This document shows positions 60,801 through 64,000 of a stretch of 64,000 nt of DNA, piece by piece. The stretch's first letter is position 1; every line of letters starts with the position of its first letter. Position numbers and translations under genes: made by a program. The notes under the pieces were generated by a model. It saw only the letters and a list, made by a program, of their open reading frames with translations, was not told the DNA's origin and did not search any database. Origin of the DNA: Enoplolaimus lenunculus (lineage: Eukaryota). The stretch spans positions 62,001 through 126,000 of the forward strand of contig JASANG010003765.1 of NCBI GenBank assembly GCA_030248215.1, written 5' to 3'.

Positions 60801-63800
60801 TTCGAACAACTTTCTATATTTATGAGATGAAAAATTTTTTTACATGAGATCATACCGTCCCGAACTAAACCTTAGCGGCACCTGTTATCATGACTGTCTG
60901 TACGTTGTAGTAGACACTCACCATTTGACTTGCAGGATCCACTGCTGCAACGTTGCAATGATTGTCCGATTTCAGTGCCGTTGTGTTGCCCGGATAATGC
61001 GACACTGATCCGGTCTTTCCAATTTTGTTAGCGCCAGAGGTATGCTTTGGAGCCTTTGGTTTACCGCCGCTGCCCAATCCCATTCCTGGTTTTGAAGCAC
61101 TGCTGGCCGCTGATTTGAATCCGCTTTGACCAACGGAAGACCCTGTTCGATATGGAGGTGTGGATCCAGAAGACAGATTAGTCGACGATTTAAAACACTT
61201 TTCATATCGACGTTTATGAAATTCGATCTCATTCACTGTCCAAACGGCTCCTTTGACGTTTTCGACGCGAACAAAACATTTGTGTAAGCTCAAATTGTGT
61301 CTGACAGCGTTCTACAAATATTAAACTAATCATGTTATTAACGCAGGGCACCGGCTATAATGTGCGAGCCTCCTCCTACTTATTTTGGGGCCAATAAAAG
61401 GTATCAATCACTACAGCAGCGGTCAATCCAAAAATAAAAGGCACATACGCAACATTTTTTGAAATCGCTTGGTACATCGGTTATGCGGGCCTCTCAGGTG
61501 CCTGATGACATAGTTGCGTAGGGGTAGCGGCACTCGTGACACTGGTTACACGTGTTTGAAAAAATTTTTGTTGAAAAAGTTAACATCAATTTTTTATGTG
61601 AACACTCATGACAGGCTTGACATGAAGTGGTGTCTTGATATAGACTGTGTTTGTTACAATTAAGCTAAAAAAAGCTTTGTCTGGCTGTTCGTGTTAAAAA
61701 ATAGTCAACATTATAACAGAAAGCGCAAACGGAGCCTGGGATGAAATTACCCATCCGGATTAATGTGGATAGCACAACGACATTCTACAGCCATCTTCGT
61801 AACATCATAAATGAAACACGCCAAGAATGGGTGACATACGCATAGCCGGGGTTACAAACCTTCCTATGCATCTTTGGTTGCACAATTAATAATTCGTCAA
61901 ATCTCGGGTTCAGAGATGTAAATGGATAGAGATTTTTTGTCAGGTCCTCGCTTTAAACACGGAAATTTATTTCTGTACCCGTAAGTGTATACTCGCTAAA
62001 ATTTTCACCCACGATTCTTTCTTCTTTTGTGTTAAAAAAATTGCATAATTTTACAAAAATTAAATTGAGTGCCTCCAATATTGAAGCCAGTACGAATAAA
62101 AAGAAAACTTCAATAAAATATTACATATTTAGAACAAAACCAGTAACAAGAGTTTAATTTTTATCTGAGTTTTGAAATTTTGACCCACGAGTATATCCGC
62201 ACCAGAAATTCTGTATCTGTCTTGCGTTCACCAGCGGGTAAAAATGGCGTAGTCAGGATTTCATTTCGGATATGAAAAATTGTCCCAAATTTACCTTTGC
62301 ATTCTGCTCTGCAGCCCACAGAAGTATTTTTCGAATCATTTCAGAAATTTGTTTTCAGGAATATATCGCATTATACTTCTGGCCTTGTACGCGCTCCTGG
62401 CGGGTACACGCCAGTACCCACGGGTCAGGTGGAACGCTTCTCGGGATACAATGTTTACCATTAGTAATGTGGACCGTACCACAAATAAGCAATACAGTCC
62501 GCAGTCAAACCGTGGACCGCGGCGGCCGGACCGCAGCAATGTTGGACCGGACAGGTTGCAGTCTGAACACTATTGGGCCGGCAATGGTGACCCGTACCAA
62601 CGCTATAAATTAATCGCGAAATACTGAACATTGCACCAGTTTTGATCCGAGCGCCCTAAGCTTGTTGAGAACGAAAATAGCGTCGCGAATTTTAGAAAAT
62701 GTAAATACCATTTTCACATGATTTTTCGTCGACCAAATTTTGCCCTTAAAGCTTTGAAAGCCAGTGTAGTAAAATTTTAAAACGTCATATGTACAAAATA
62801 ACTGTCGGTCAGACCGAACCGGACAGGTACGAAGCGCTCCAGCCTTGTACTAGGCCTGGACCGCTCGGACCGAAAAACAGCATTCCGTGGGCCAAACGGC
62901 TGAGAAATTTTAGGACCAGTCCTGCCCGGTCCACATCACTACCACTAAGTGGTAACGCCTCGTTTTACGCGACTGCACTAACCTTCCACGTAGCTGCGTT
63001 TCTTCGAAAATAAGCAAACGAATCTTGAAACCATGTGTACACTTCATTCAAAGTCAATTGATTATCTTTCGATTCAATGATACTTTGCCGTATTAACGAC
63101 GCGTACGTATACGGAGGACGTACATCGTTGTTTTTGTAGAATTCTCTGTGTTGATCAAGATCTAAAGTATAAAATGGAAAATATTACAAGTTTTGGAGCA
63201 ATCTTTAGCATACAGAATATTAATCGGTTTGATATTTGAAGTTCTGCAGCACAGCTCAACTTCAGCTCTCGACGGCGGTACATATTTTTAGTTTATAAAT
63301 TGTTTCAAGGACACAATTGTCTTTTGACACGCATTTCAAACGCACCGAGTTATGATAAGCTTAAACTCAAGATACAAATACGATATTACAGTTGTGAGTT
63401 TACATCTAAAACTAAGTCTAAACCTAATTATAATCTTAAATATTGTAAACGATGATTCCACGCTTAGAAACAATAAAACAGCTTCTGTAATGGAGTCTAG
63501 TAAATAATAAAAACTGTCAAATCGGTTTGTTCACTTTAAGTACCTGCTCCAATTGGTTGCAGAGATTTATCAATCGGTCGCCGACGCATGTTCAATTTCA
63601 TTAATCCGTTGCCAGCAGACGACATATTAGTATGTTTTGAATTATTTTGCTGTGATTGTTGTTGTTTTTGTTGTTGTTTTTGTTGTTGTTGTTGTTGTTG
63701 TTGTTGTGGCTGATGTTGTTGTTGTTGTTGTTGCCGCTGTTGCCCATGTTGTAGCAACTGTGGTTGTTGCTGAAACAATTTCGAAACATCATTAGCGGTC

Positions 63801-64000
63801 AGGCTGGACGAATGTGATACCGAACGAATTGCTTTTGGCTGAACGGGTATAATTTTATTGCGATCACCAGAAGACAGCGGAGCTCCAACTAATGGATACG
63901 CAAATTTATTCAGTGCCAAGCTTTCGTTATTAATGTCAACGCCATTGGTTTGGTGAATTGCTGCTGTTGCCAGAGTTGCGCCATTGTCTGTTGATAACAG
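57819..64000 (-). CDS. FoxP: Forkhead box P transcription factor (FoxP / fkh-7-like), 5' end outside the window
   Basis: Exons >64000-63544, 63161-62983, 61311-60922, 60308-57819 in phase. Forkhead domain [80 protein letters not shown] is diagnostic of FoxP. Confidence 0.95.
62462..62941. mobile_element. MITE in FoxP intron
   Basis: TIR TAGTAATGTGGACCG / CGGTCCACATCACTA (14/15); internal GGACCG repeats. Confidence 0.7.

Noticed and set aside
61312..62982. Alternative duplicated forkhead exon, as in insect FoxP or vertebrate FOXP1
   Set aside because: No second NAVR..LSLH.CF-like sequence seen in this intron; it holds only repeats.
1..64000. Operon, since all four genes are on the minus strand
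   Set aside because: Intergenic gaps of about 6-14 kb filled with repeats are far longer than typical nematode operon spacers; co-orientation of four genes is not improbable by chance.

Overview
AT-rich, repeat-dense eukaryotic DNA, very probably from a nematode: it has a cuticle collagen with a nematode-type N-terminal and Cys layout, a cuticlin/dusky-type ZP gene, and TTAGGC repeats. There are four spliced protein genes, all on the minus strand. (1) A large uncharacterised gene (10817 to <1) has about 610 aa of low-complexity N-terminus followed by OB-fold-like exons. It ends in an RPA1-C/CTC1/POT1-type CxxC...CxxC zinc-ribbon OB fold, and one intron holds tRNA-Pro(AGG). (2) A 4-exon cuticle collagen. 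(3) A 9-exon ZP-domain membrane protein. (4) The 3' part of a FoxP (fkh-7-like) gene with an 830-codon polyQ terminal exon. Introns and intergenic DNA are packed with non-autonomous DNA transposons (hAT-, Tc1/mariner- and PIF/Harbinger-type MITEs, Helitron and Helentron-like elements). The most interesting signals are the candidate CTC1-like ssDNA-binding gene, a MITE family carrying telomeric TTAGGC repeats, a dispersed repeat built from tandem tRNA-like units, and a ~440-bp palindrome downstream of FoxP. All calls come from reading the sequence by eye; no database searches were run.
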